Shown: positions 36,463-46,396, counted from the stretch's first letter. The stretch is DNA of 64,000 bases from an uncultured Chromatiaceae bacterium (GCA_964384525.1 CAYLKO010000002.1:35168-99167); one strand, 5' to 3'. Made by a program: numbers and translations. The notes: generated from the letters alone by a model not told the origin.

Positions 36463-39261
36463 TCAGGGCGAGTCCAGCGACTGATGACAGCTGCCGCCGC
36501 CGGTCTGGCAGCCGGCTATCTCGTTGATCCAGTTGGTGATCAGGCGGGCGCCGCCGGTGTCCGGCAGGCTGGAGCCGAGCGGTGGCATGCCGTGCGCATC
36601 CCGGCGCAACATCCGCTGCAGCAGGATGGAGTGCGACGGATCCCCCGGCGCGATCAGCCGGGCGCCGGCAATGCCCAGATCCCCGGCCTGTGGTGGCGCA
36701 TTGCAGGTCTGCGTGTTGCTGAAGCTCCGGGAGTAGCGCAGGTCCATGTCCACGCCGGTGGGCCCACCCGGCTGGTGGCAATACGCGCAGTTGGCGTGCA
36801 GATAGGCCCGGGCCACTTCTTCAACGCTTTGGGCAGTCAGTGGGGTGACCAGCCTCGGCTGGGTTGCCGGATTGCCCACGGAGGCCGGCAGCAACCCGAT
36901 ATGGCTCAAGGTCTCCAGCTGATTGGCCCTGCGGTTGGTGGTGGTGTAGAGGTGCTTGCCATTCAACTGGGCCGTTTCCGGACCGAGACTGATGCCGGCC
37001 ACGTTCGTGTGACACTGCATGCATTGGCCTTCACTGGGATAGATCCAGTCCTGCCCGTTGACGAAGCGTGTCTTGCCGCCACGGATGCGGGTGGCAGCGG
37101 TTGCCGCCGCATTCCATTCGTAGGTGTAGCCGGCCCAGCCACCATCCGGGTGGCGCATCAAAAGGCGCGTCTCGACCGGCTGGCCCCTCAGCGCCATGCT
37201 CTTGATCAGTACGGAGCCGGGCGGGAACTGCCAGTCGGCGCCTGGGCCCACCGCAATCGACGCACCATCCGGTACAGCCAGGTAGCGCGTCTTCGTGGCG
37301 CCATCCGACCAGAACTGCGCGTTGACACTGTACGGAATGGCGCCATCGACAGCTCCCATCGGATTGGCTGGGCTGACGCAGCCGGTTGCCGCCAGATCAT
37401 CCGGCACGACATCCACAAACCCGCCACCGTTGCCGGCCAGCCGCTGCAAGCGGCCTGAACCGTAATCGGCGAAATAGAGCTCGCCATCCTGACCCAGTGC
37501 GAAACTGGAGATCGAGGCACTGGTGTCGACGATCTCGTCTGCCTCGTATCCACCGGTGCCGTTGTCGCGGAGCGCCCAGATCCTGCCCGAGGAGAAATCA
37601 CCGAAAACATAGCGGCCCTGCAATCCCGGGATGCCGGCGCCACGATAGACGGCGCCACCGGTGATGGAGACATTGCCATCCGTGTGCGGATAGTCGTGCA
37701 CGGGCCCGATGAATCCCGACGATGGGCAGCCGCTCGAGTTGTAGGCGGCTGTGCCCTCGCGACATCGCCAGCCATAGTTGCCGCCGCGGATCACCCGGTC
37801 GACTTCCTCGCGGGCGTTCTGCCCGACGTCGGCTGCCCACAGATCACCGGTGGCTGCATCGATGCTGAAGCGCCATGGGTTGCGAAAGCCCCAGGCAAAC
37901 AGTTCGGGGCAGGCGGCACTGTTGGCGGCTGGTCCGCAGCGGGCGTTGGTCGCGTGCGGATTGTCGGCGGGAATCGCATAGCGCGGGTTCGGCCAGCCCG
38001 TGTTGTCCCAGACATCGAGGCGGAGGATCTTGCCCAGCAGGCGGGTCTGGTTCTGTGCGTAATTGTAGGGATCGCCCCCGCTGCCGCCGTCGCCCACCGA
38101 GACATACAGGTGGTTGGCAGTGCTAAATGCCAGATCACCGCCGTTGTGATTGGCATAGGGTTTATCAATGGTGAGCAGAACCTGCTCGCTGACGGCAGCC
38201 GGCGCCGCCACCTGATCCAGTATCAGCCGCGAGATGACGAGCTGCATCGGGCGGCCGGTGGTGTAGGCCACGAACACTTCGCGTCGCGCGGGGTACAGCG
38301 GATGAAAGGCCAATCCCAGCATTCCACCCTCGGAGTCCGTATTGACCTTCGCGCTGAAGTCGAGCCAGGTCGTGACCGTGGCCGGCGTTGCGGTATTGAA
38401 GACCTTGACCCGGCCGGTTTTTTCCAGCACGAACCAGCGCTAGCCATCGCCCGGCGCCTTCAGCAGCTTGGTCGGCTCGGTGAAGGCTGGGGCCGCCGGG
38501 AAGGGGTCTTCCGGCGTGACCGTGGCGTCCGCGCCGCTGCTGTTCTGGATCAGTTCGATGTTGCTGAATTGCGCCGTGGCCAGAGCGCCGATCTTGTGGC
38601 TGGTTACCGCCAGCCCGGCCCGGATGGTTGTCGGCATATTCAGCGCGATGCTGTCCCTGAGTGTCCAGACGATGCCATCACTGGAGTGGTAACCGCTGAC
38701 CACATTTCCGCGGCGACTGATCTTGATCCATCGAGGCAGGGTGGTGGCCTTGTCTGCGCTGTTCGTCGGGGCGGCGTTGCCATCGGTGGCCGTTCGGTAG
38801 TGAAACGAAGCGCCATTGCCGGCGGGCGTCATCATCATCAGTGCAAAGCGGGAGCCCGGCGCCCGCGATTCGCGCAGCATCACGCCGGCCTTGGCCCATG
38901 GGTCCGTATTGCTCAGCGCCGAGATGCGGGCAATCAGATCGCCGTCACCGGTCAGTGGCTTGTCGACGAAATAAAAGGCATCGGCCTTGCCCCAGATATC
39001 GGCGCCTGAGCCACGAACGGTGGCAGTGGTATTCAGCCAGGAAACCGAGCCGGCGGCGCCCACGGCACCGACGTCAGCGCCCTGCCAGTTGACTGGTGCG
39101 GCCGCGCCAGTCCGATCCGGCGCGAGGCATGTGGGATTGGGAGGCCGGCTGTCGAGGCCGGGTGCAGCAACAGTCTGGAAACTGATGACCAGTGCCAGAC
39201 AAGACAGTAGCAGTTTGATACGCCGAACCATGGGGGAATCATAGACGGCGACCCGCTGCAC
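36463..39261 (-). pseudogene. PQQ-dependent sugar (glucose/sorbosone) dehydrogenase quinohaemoprotein interrupted by an in-frame TAG at 38440-38442
   Basis: ORFs 38440..39261 and 36463..38430 share one frame and read ...KAPGDG*RWFVLEKTGRVKVFN. Upstream part: signal peptide plus a ConA/LamG-like domain (GSGADIWGKADAFYF, WAKAGVMLRES). Downstream part: GSDH beta-propeller (GLAFHP, HNGGDLAF, GFRNPWRFS, GGNYGWRCREG) plus two CxxCH motifs (CMQCH, CAYCH). Confidence 0.7.
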
Positions 39262-39300
39262 GTGTTGCAGGAATGCGCCCTTATGTCATGCCGCGCCGAC

Positions 39301-40137
39301 CTACCAGGGGAGTTGCGCCCCTTTGCGATCGAGGAACTGACCGGAGGTCGCCGGCGTGTAGCCTTCGATCACTGCTATGCAATATTCGGCTGATTCGCGT
39401 GCGGTGATCATCGGATCTACTACGACGCCCGGATCGATCAGGCCGAACACCAGCGCCTCGTGGCCGGGGTCTTGCCGCATTTCCCTGGACAGCGTGCGGA
39501 TCGCCATGTGGAGTGCCGCCTCGCTGCTGCGATAAAAGAGCGGTCCATCGACACTCGAGAGGCTGATGATCTTCTTCTGGCGGCTCGTCGCCACGTTGTC
39601 CATGAATGCCTCGATCATGCGCAACGGGCCCTGCACATTGGCGTCGATGATTGCGTCGTACACCTTGAAATCGTAGTTGCCGTACTGCTGGGCGTGGAGC
39701 TCGCCCTGGATGCCGGCGTTGTTGATGAGGACGTCGATCGGTGTGCCGCGGTACCGGGCCGCGAGGGCGCGCACGCTGCGTTCACTGGTGACGTCGAGTT
39801 TCTCGATGTGGACGTTGTCCCAGTACCCGGCAATGGCCTGGAGCTCGGTCGCGGCCCCGGGCGTGCGGACTGCGGCGATGACGATCCAGCCGCGCTCGGC
39901 ATATTGCCGGGCAAATTCGTAGCCGAGGCCATGCCCGGCGCTGGTGATCAACACGGTGTAGGGCCGGGTGTCTGGCGCGGCAGACGGCGGCGCATTCTCC
40001 GCGGATTCGTGGGTACTTGCAGTCGTTGCCCAGGCCGGACTGCCCGGGAATGGCGCACCCATGACCAGGAACAGCACAACCAGCCAGCGGACCGGTCGCT
40101 TGAAGCAAGTGATGTGGATCATGATATTTGTTTCCAT
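39301..40137 (-). CDS. SDR-family protein with signal-like N-terminus and an atypical active site
   Basis: VLITSAGHGLG (TGxxxGxG-like) and LINNAGI, but the Tyr-x3-Lys box reads YRSSE (Glu codon at 39520-39522). The Ser-to-Tyr spacing also looks short. Confidence 0.6.
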   Translation of the reverse strand: METNIMIHITCFKRPVRWLVVLFLVMGAPFPGSPAWATTASTHESAENAPPSAAPDTRPYTVLITSAGHGLGYEFARQYAERGWIVIAAVRTPGAATELQAIAGYWDNVHIEKLDVTSERSVRALAARYRGTPIDVLINNAGIQGELHAQQYGNYDFKVYDAIIDANVQGPLRMIEAFMDNVATSRQKKIISLSSVDGPLFYRSSEAALHMAIRTLSREMRQDPGHEALVFGLIDPGVVVDPMITARESAEYCIAVIEGYTPATSGQFLDRKGAQLPW

Positions 40138-40203
40138 ATCAGCGGTTCGCGCCGTAGGCTAACAGCCTGCTGTCCGGTGAGCCACTTTCAGGAGTCTTGC
40201 GTC

Positions 40204-41793
40204 ATGTCTGCCAATCCCGCCCCGACATCATCAGCCGGTAATCTGTTGGCCAGCCTGGCCAGTGTGGTGGGTGAAGCCCATGTGCTGACGGCTGCCGCCG
40301 ACCGTGAATTCTTTGCCATGGATGTCTACAACCAGCGGGAGGTGCCGCTGGCCGTCGTTCAGCCAGGCACGGTCGACGAACTGCAGGCGATCGTCCGGGC
40401 AGCCACCACGGCCGGCATTGCGGTGGTTCCCCGTGGCGGCGGCGCGTCCTACACGGATGGCTATCTGCCGACCCGGGCGGACTCGATACTGGTTGATACC
40501 ACGCGCCTGAACCGGATCGTCGAACTCAATGAAACCGACATGTATGTGTCGGTGGAGCCCGGCATCACCTGGGCGGAGCTGTGGCAGGCACTGAAAGCGA
40601 AGGGCTTGCGGACCTCCTTCTGGGGGCCGTTTTCCGGCATCAAGGCGACAGTGGGCGGTTCGATGTCCCAGAACAGCGCCAGTCTGGGCTCCAGCAATCA
40701 CGGGGTATCGGCCGATGCCGTGCTGGCCTTTGACATCGTGTTGGCCAACGGCGAAATCCTCAAAACCGGCTCCAGCGCCGCCCGGAATGGCACGCCTCAT
40801 TTCCGGTGGTATGGCCCGGATCTCACCGGCCTCTGCACCGGGGATGCCGGCGCCTTCGGCATCAAGTCGCGGATCACCCTGAAGCTGATCAAGAGTCCAC
40901 CCTTCGTCGGTGCGGCCTCGTTCGGCTTCGCCACCTTCGACGACATGGCGCGCGGCATGGCTGCCGCCGCCCGGGAAGGCGTTGCATCGGACAACTTCGC
41001 CATCGATCCCAAACTGCAGCAGGGACAACTCTCCAGGACCAATGCGCAGGCTGCGTTGGGTGCTGCGTGGGCTGTGGCCAAAACCGCTCCCAATCCATTG
41101 GTCGCCGGCGTGCGGCTTTTGAAGATGGCGGCTGCCGGCAAACGTTTTCTGGCTGCACACAACTACTCCGCCCATTACACGGTGGAAGGCGTGTGCCAGG
41201 CGGAGGTCAACGCCAAGCTGGATCTGATTCGCACCGCGATGCGTGGCGCGGGCACGGAAACGGCCAACACCGTGCCGACGGTGCTCCGGGCGATGCCTTT
41301 CATTCCGCTGTATCCGATACTCGGGCCCAAGGGCGAACGCTGGGTACCCCAGCACGGCATCCTGCCGTTCTCGAAGTTGACCCTGTTCAACCAGAAGCTG
41401 CAGAAACTCTATGCCGACAACGCACAGCGCATGCAGAAGGCAAAGGTCGACAAGGGTGCGATGTTCATGACCATCAACACCCACGCCTTCCTCTACGAGC
41501 CGGTCTTCTACTGGGAAGACAGCCGCACCGCCTTCCACAACCGCTACCTGCCGAAGGAATACCTGGCCACGCTGCCCGCGTATGGCGAAAACCCCGAAGC
41601 CCGCGCTCTGGTCCGGGAACTGCGCCGCGAGATCAACGAAATCTTCGGTTCCGTGGGTGGCGTCCACATGCAGGTCGGCAAGAGCTACCCCTACTTCGAA
41701 GGCCGCAACCCCGCTGCCGCCCACGTGCTCCGTGACCTGAAGCAGAGCGTCGATCCGCAGAACCTGATGAACCCGGGGGCACTAGGTCTTTAA
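40204..41793 (+). CDS. FAD-linked oxidase (GlcD/FAD_binding_4 family)
   Basis: From MSANPAP: PLAVVQPGTVDELQAIVRAATTAGIAVVPRGGGASYTDG (FAD-binding PCMH domain) and C-terminal DPQNLMNPGALGL. The upstream part of the track ORF overlaps the SDR gene on the opposite strand and was rejected. Confidence 0.8.
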   Translation: MSANPAPTSSAGNLLASLASVVGEAHVLTAAADREFFAMDVYNQREVPLAVVQPGTVDELQAIVRAATTAGIAVVPRGGGASYTDGYLPTRADSILVDTTRLNRIVELNETDMYVSVEPGITWAELWQALKAKGLRTSFWGPFSGIKATVGGSMSQNSASLGSSNHGVSADAVLAFDIVLANGEILKTGSSAARNGTPHFRWYGPDLTGLCTGDAGAFGIKSRITLKLIKSPPFVGAASFGFATFDDMARGMAAAAREGVASDNFAIDPKLQQGQLSRTNAQAALGAAWAVAKTAPNPLVAGVRLLKMAAAGKRFLAAHNYSAHYTVEGVCQAEVNAKLDLIRTAMRGAGTETANTVPTVLRAMPFIPLYPILGPKGERWVPQHGILPFSKLTLFNQKLQKLYADNAQRMQKAKVDKGAMFMTINTHAFLYEPVFYWEDSRTAFHNRYLPKEYLATLPAYGENPEARALVRELRREINEIFGSVGGVHMQVGKSYPYFEGRNPAAAHVLRDLKQSVDPQNLMNPGALGL

Positions 41794-41839
41794 GTTGTGT
41801 ACGGGGCTCGGCGGTCCGGCCCCTGGCGAGCACGTTGAT

Positions 41840-41943
41840 GTACGGCCTGCGGGCGGGGGGGGCCCAATGAGAGACCGCAGGGGGACCCGCCCGCGGCCCC
41901 CCCCCCCCCCCCCCCCTCGGGCCCCCCCCCCCCCAGGCCGTAC
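41840..41943. repeat. long GC hairpin with C20 and C13 homopolymer tracts between convergent genes
   Basis: Perfect inverted arms GTACGGCCTG (41840-41849) and CAGGCCGTAC (41934-41943). G8 at 41855-41862 faces C13 at 41922-41934. C20 at 41897-41916. An inner alternative pair is GCGGGCGGG / CCCGCCCGC. Confidence 0.7.
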
Positions 41944-41953
41944 CCCCACTGAC

Positions 41954-43489
41954 TCAGCCCTGGGTCCCGCCCGAGAAATCGATCCCCTGCGCCAGCGGCA
42001 ACGTCGCCCCGAAGTTGATCGTCACGGTCTGCCGTCGCATGTAGGCCTTCCAGGCATCGGAGCCGGCTTCCCGCCCGCCGCCGGTTTCCTTTTCACCACC
42101 GAAAGCGCCACCGATCTCGGCGCCCGAGGTGCCGATGTTGACGTTGGCAATGCCGCAATCACTGCCGTCATGACCCAGAAAGCGTTCGGCGTGCTGCAAT
42201 CGATCCGTGAAGATGGCCGACGACAAGCCCTGGGGCACGGCGTTCTGCAGGGCGATTGCCTCGTCGAGATCGGCAAACGGGATGAGGTACAGGATCGGCG
42301 CAAAGGTTTCGGTCTGCACGATCGGCCAGTTGTTTTCCGCCATGACGATGGTGGGTTCCACGAAGTGACCGCTGCCCTCGCGCTGCCGGCCACCATGCAG
42401 TATCCGGGCGCCCTGCTTGCCGAGCTCATCCATGACCTGCCGGTAGCGCTCGACGGCCTTGTCATCGATCAACGGGCCCATCAACGTGCCCGGACTCAAT
42501 GGGTCGCCGATCTTCACCTGGCGATAGGCGTCAACCAGGCGGGCGGCCAGTTCATCGACACGCCGGTGATGCACCAGCAGACGGCGGGTCGATGTGCAGC
42601 GCTGACCAGCCGTGCCCACCGCACCAAACACGATGGCCGGGATGGCCAGATCCAGATTGGCGTGCTCATCCACGATGAGCGCGTTGTTGCCGCCGAGTTC
42701 GAGCAGGCAGCGACCAAAGCGCCGGGCAACCCGGCTGGCCACCGGCCCACCAATGGCTGAAGAACCGGTGAAGGAAATCAGGTCGACGCGCGGGTCGTCC
42801 ACGAAGTGGCTGGCCAGGGCCACGTCGCTGGTGTTGAACAGGAAAAAGCCGGGTGGAAAGCCATTGGCTTCCAGCACCGAGACGCACAGGCGTTGCACGG
42901 CAATGCTGGTCAGCGGGGCCTTTGGCGATGGTTTCCATACGGTGACATTGCCGCAGACGGCCGCAATGAAGGCATTCCACGACCAGACCGCCACCGGGAA
43001 ATTGAAGGCGCTGATCACGCCCACGACACCGAGCGGATGCCACTGCTCGTAGAGTCGATGCAGGGGTCGTTCGGAGGGCAGCGTCCTGCCACCGAGCATG
43101 CGTGACAAACCCACGGCGTAGTCGGCGATGTCGATCATCTCCTGCACTTCGCCGTCACCCTCGGCCTTGATCTTGCCGACTTCGAGCGTGACGAGACTGC
43201 CCAGGGCATCCTTGTGCCGGCGCAGGGCTTCAGCCACCAGCCGGACCGCCTCGCCACGGCGGGGCGCCGGCAGGTTGCGCCAGGCGGCCGCCGAGTTCTG
43301 CGCGCTGCTGATCACCTGTTCGTAATCCTGCCCGCTGGCCGCGGCCACACTTGCCAGTTCCGTGCCCGTGGCTGGATTTTCCGACGCGATCTGTTCCCGG
43401 TTGCCGGTGGGATGCCAGCCCGAGGCGGACCACGCGCCCGGATTCAGGCCGGACAAGCCCAGGGATTCGAGGACGCTACGCATGCTCAT
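41954..43489 (-). CDS. amaB: alpha-aminoadipic semialdehyde / piperideine-6-carboxylate dehydrogenase (ALDH7 family)
   Basis: From [12 protein letters not shown]: [61 protein letters not shown], and a C-terminal LPLAQGIDF. This matches the antiquitin-type ALDH pattern. The track's N-terminal extension was rejected. Confidence 0.8.
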   Translation of the reverse strand: MSMRSVLESLGLSGLNPGAWSASGWHPTGNREQIASENPATGTELASVAAASGQDYEQVISSAQNSAAAWRNLPAPRRGEAVRLVAEALRRHKDALGSLVTLEVGKIKAEGDGEVQEMIDIADYAVGLSRMLGGRTLPSERPLHRLYEQWHPLGVVGVISAFNFPVAVWSWNAFIAAVCGNVTVWKPSPKAPLTSIAVQRLCVSVLEANGFPPGFFLFNTSDVALASHFVDDPRVDLISFTGSSAIGGPVASRVARRFGRCLLELGGNNALIVDEHANLDLAIPAIVFGAVGTAGQRCTSTRRLLVHHRRVDELAARLVDAYRQVKIGDPLSPGTLMGPLIDDKAVERYRQVMDELGKQGARILHGGRQREGSGHFVEPTIVMAENNWPIVQTETFAPILYLIPFADLDEAIALQNAVPQGLSSAIFTDRLQHAERFLGHDGSDCGIANVNIGTSGAEIGGAFGGEKETGGGREAGSDAWKAYMRRQTVTINFGATLPLAQGIDFSGGTQG

Positions 43490-44669
43490 GGGTCCGTTGC
43501 TTGCCGCGGCTGCCGGCGGCGATGATCCGGGCGGAGACTTCCTTGCCGGTGCCGCTGCCGTAATACCGGCCGTAGCGATTGCCCAGGATGTCATCCAGCA
43601 AAAACTGTTCCTGGCGGACAAAGCCACGATAGCGCGTTGGATCATGCAGAACCGTATCCAGCACGGCGCAGATGCCGGCGGCCGTGGTGATCTGGATGGC
43701 CGACCACAGGCGCTCGCCGATGACCTGCGGGTACACCTTGCTGACGTAGTTCTCCTCGCGCAATTCACCTTCCTGAAGGCCGGTGACCGCCGCGTAGATG
43801 ATGACCACGTCCTGCAGGGTTTGCGGTACCGAGTTTTCCAGAATGCGCCGGAGGGTTTCCCGATCCTGATTCAGCTTCAGGCCGTTCATCAGCAGCTGCA
43901 TCTGTTCGCAGTGACCGGGATAGCGGATCGTCTTGTAGTCCATGGTCTCTATATCCCGGCCATAACTGTCAGCCAGCGAACCGAGACCGCCGGACGTATT
44001 GAAGGCCTCGTAATGAGTGCCGTCGATGGCGATCTCTTCCAGGCCTTCCAGCGGCAACACTTCCCGGACTTCGCCGTTGATCACGCTGCGGCACGGATTG
44101 CCGTATTCGTTGATGAGGCCCTCCGTGGACCAGGTCAGTGAATACTTGAGTACGTTGTTCGGGTGCTGGGGCAGGGCGCCCACGCGTAGCTTGACGGTGC
44201 GCACGGTGTCGAAGTGGCGGATCAGTTCGGCGGCGACGATGCTGATGAATCCGGGCGCCAGGCCACACTGGGGTGCAAAGGTGGTGGTTGCCCCCCCGGC
44301 GATCTGCAGAACGGCAGCGGCCGAGCGCACGTCTTCAGTCAGGTCGAAATAGTGGCTGCCCGCGGCGCGCGCAGCCCGGGCGACGCCCACATTGCAATGG
44401 TAGGGCAGGCTGGAGACGACGGCCGTGTTGCCTGGCCAGCGCAGTGCGGCTTCCAGCGCGGCGCTGTTCGTGGCATCCAGGTCGAGTGGTTCGATGGGCA
44501 CGACCTTGCCCTGCTGCACCCGGGTCTGCTGTTGATGGGCGGCGGCAACGTCTGCCGCCACGCCGGGCCTCGAGTCTGCCAGCCGCACGTGACAATCGCC
44601 GGATTCAGCCAGCAGCCCCGCAATCAGTGCCCCGATCTTGCCGGCACCCAGAACCAGTATTCGATTCAT
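43476..44669 (-). CDS. saccharopine dehydrogenase family protein (saccharopine dehydrogenase or L-lysine 6-dehydrogenase)
   Basis: [21 protein letters not shown] Rossmann start, 397 aa. The 3' end overlaps the ALDH7 gene start by 14 nt. Confidence 0.7.
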   Translation of the reverse strand: MNRILVLGAGKIGALIAGLLAESGDCHVRLADSRPGVAADVAAAHQQQTRVQQGKVVPIEPLDLDATNSAALEAALRWPGNTAVVSSLPYHCNVGVARAARAAGSHYFDLTEDVRSAAAVLQIAGGATTTFAPQCGLAPGFISIVAAELIRHFDTVRTVKLRVGALPQHPNNVLKYSLTWSTEGLINEYGNPCRSVINGEVREVLPLEGLEEIAIDGTHYEAFNTSGGLGSLADSYGRDIETMDYKTIRYPGHCEQMQLLMNGLKLNQDRETLRRILENSVPQTLQDVVIIYAAVTGLQEGELREENYVSKVYPQVIGERLWSAIQITTAAGICAVLDTVLHDPTRYRGFVRQEQFLLDDILGNRYGRYYGSGTGKEVSARIIAAGSRGKQRTHEHA

Positions 44670-44753
44670 GACTCAGCTCCCTCCGACATCATCATTGACG
44701 GCATGGTCACTGGACGCGTGTTGATGGCAGGCGGCGCCATCACTGCGGACTGA

Positions 44754-45320
44754 TTGTGGCAGAGTTGCGGAAACTTCGGCCAGTCCGGGGTGGGGCTTCC
44801 GGTGGAAAATCAATACAATGGGGTCGTGGTTCACTTTACTCTCAACGGCAGGAGCATCGCCCTCGATGTGCCTGGCGAAATGCCGCTTTTGTGGGTGCTG
44901 CGCGACGAGCTCAAGCTGGCCGGGACCAAATTCGGTTGCGGTATCGCATCGTGCGGCGCATGCACCGTGCATGTGGATGACGTGGCCACGCGGTGTTGCG
45001 TGGTGCCGGTGTCGGCCGTGGCCGGCCGGAAGGTCGTCACGATCGAGGGGCTGGGAACCGCAGCAAGGCCGCATGCCGTCCAGCAGGCCTGGATCGACGA
45101 GCAGGTTCCGCAATGTGGCTATTGTCAGCCGGGCATGATCATGGCGGCGGCAGCCCTGCTGAAGGCTGTGCCGAAACCGGATGATGCGGCGATCGACTCG
45201 GCCATGACCAATATCTGTCGTTGTGGCAGCTATCCGCGTATCCGGCGTGCCATTCATCGGGCGGCAGCCCGGGATGCAGCTCCCGGTTCTGATGATTCCA
45301 CCGGCGTCGCGTCACATTGA
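44754..45320 (+). CDS. (2Fe-2S)-binding small subunit of a xanthine-dehydrogenase-family enzyme (IorA/CoxS-like)
   Basis: [12 protein letters not shown] and [27 protein letters not shown], the two [2Fe-2S] motifs. The start is more likely GTG 44826 (VVHFTLNG...). Confidence 0.8.
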   Translation: MWQSCGNFGQSGVGLPVENQYNGVVVHFTLNGRSIALDVPGEMPLLWVLRDELKLAGTKFGCGIASCGACTVHVDDVATRCCVVPVSAVAGRKVVTIEGLGTAARPHAVQQAWIDEQVPQCGYCQPGMIMAAAALLKAVPKPDDAAIDSAMTNICRCGSYPRIRRAIHRAAARDAAPGSDDSTGVASH

Positions 45321-45358
45321 CTGCGGCATGATCAATCCCTGAGCTTCGAGTAATTTCC

Positions 45359-45871
45359 ATGCAAGTATTTCCACGATTTTCCGCACCCCTTTGGGCCCTC
45401 ATGACCGCCGGCGTGGTCTTTTCCCTGTCGGCCTGTTCGGGTGGTGACAACGCCGCACCGGCTGCCGCCGCGGGTTCATCCGGCGCACCGGCAGCGCCGG
45501 TCGATATCCAGACCCTGATGGCCACGGCTGATCCGGCCAAGGGCAAGGTCCAGTATCTGCAATGCCAGGCCTGTCACAGCCTGGAAGCCGGTGGCGCCAA
45601 CAAGGTGGGCCCCAATCTGCACGGGATTTTCGGCCGGAAGGCCGGGCTGACGCCCGGCTTCAACTATTCCGATGAACTGAAGAACTCCAACATCGTGTGG
45701 TCCGCCGAGACACTGGACCATTGGTTTGAGCGGCCCAGCGAGCTCATTCCGGGCAATCGCATGGTCTTTGTCGGCATCCGCAATCCGGTGGATCGCGCCA
45801 ACCTGATTGCCTATCTCGAGCAGGCGGCGGGTGGTTCGGTGGCCGGTGAGGGTGTGGCGCCGGCCAATTGA
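45359..45871 (+). CDS. lipoprotein-anchored class I cytochrome c (c2/mitochondrial type)
   Basis: Lipobox FSLSAC, an Ala/Pro-rich linker, haem motif CQACH, then GPNLHGIFGRKAG...NRMVFVGI...DRANLIAYL. Confidence 0.85.
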   Translation: MQVFPRFSAPLWALMTAGVVFSLSACSGGDNAAPAAAAGSSGAPAAPVDIQTLMATADPAKGKVQYLQCQACHSLEAGGANKVGPNLHGIFGRKAGLTPGFNYSDELKNSNIVWSAETLDHWFERPSELIPGNRMVFVGIRNPVDRANLIAYLEQAAGGSVAGEGVAPAN

Positions 45872-45883
45872 GCCGGTGCCGGT

Positions 45884-45945
45884 GATCAGGTCAGGCCGGC
45901 CTGGATCAGGCCGGCCCGATCAGTCCGGCCAGATCAGTTCAGCCA
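45884..45945. repeat. short tandem repeat (about 14-bp unit GATCAGnCCGGCCn, 3-4 copies) containing four GATC sites and a CAGGCCGGCCTG palindrome
   Basis: GATCAG occurs at 45884, 45904, 45918 and 45932. It lies between the convergent cytochrome c and dgkA genes, and the last unit overlaps the dgkA stop. Confidence 0.6.
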
Positions 45946-46323
45946 GAGCAAGCCGGGAAGGCGTTCCCAGGCCACCGTTGCCCAGGTGAGTGCCGCCAGG
46001 ATCAGGCTCAGAAACACCGCGGCAGATGCCAGATCCTTGGCTCGTCCCGACAGCGGGTGGTGTTCGTCGCTGATGCGATCCACGGTGGCTTCGATCGCGG
46101 AATTGAGGATTTCCACGATCATCACCAGCAGCCAGGATGCGACCAGCAGCAGGCGCTCAAGCGCCGTTTGACCCAGCCACAAGGCCAGCGGCACGAGCAC
46201 GATGGCCAGCAGCACTTCCTGGCGAAAGGCCTCTTCGCCGCGCCAGCCTGCCGTCAGTCCGGCCACTGAATAGCCGAAGGCCGCCTGCAGTCTGCGCCAT
46301 CCGCGTTTACCCTGTTTGCCCAT
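45934..46323 (-). CDS. dgkA: diacylglycerol kinase
   Basis: 129 aa from MGKQGKRGWRRLQAAFGYSVAGL...FRQE...EILNSAIEATVDRISDEHHPLSGRAKDLASAAV, the DgkA signature. The longer track ORF (to 46677) was rejected. Confidence 0.9.
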   Translation of the reverse strand: MGKQGKRGWRRLQAAFGYSVAGLTAGWRGEEAFRQEVLLAIVLVPLALWLGQTALERLLLVASWLLVMIVEILNSAIEATVDRISDEHHPLSGRAKDLASAAVFLSLILAALTWATVAWERLPGLLWLN

Positions 46324-46396
46324 GTCTCCGGATTCCCGGATGCTAGACTGCCCGGGCGATTGCGGTGAAGAGCATACCGAATAATCAGGCAAAGTC

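Noticed and set aside
37684-39009. 441-aa + strand ORF
   Set aside because: It is antisense to the PQQ dehydrogenase/ConA-like gene and has no motifs.
40231-41724. 497-aa minus-strand ORF
   Set aside because: It is antisense to the FAD-linked oxidase gene and has no motifs.
41795-42760. 321-aa + ORF beginning with a poly-proline stretch (RPPPPPPPPRAPPPPGRTP)
   Set aside because: The poly-Pro run is just the translation of the intergenic C20/C13 tracts. The remainder is antisense to the ALDH7 gene.
45884-45945. Possibility that the short tandem repeats are a CRISPR array
   Set aside because: The units are only about 14 bp and contiguous, with no unique spacers, and there are no cas genes in the window.
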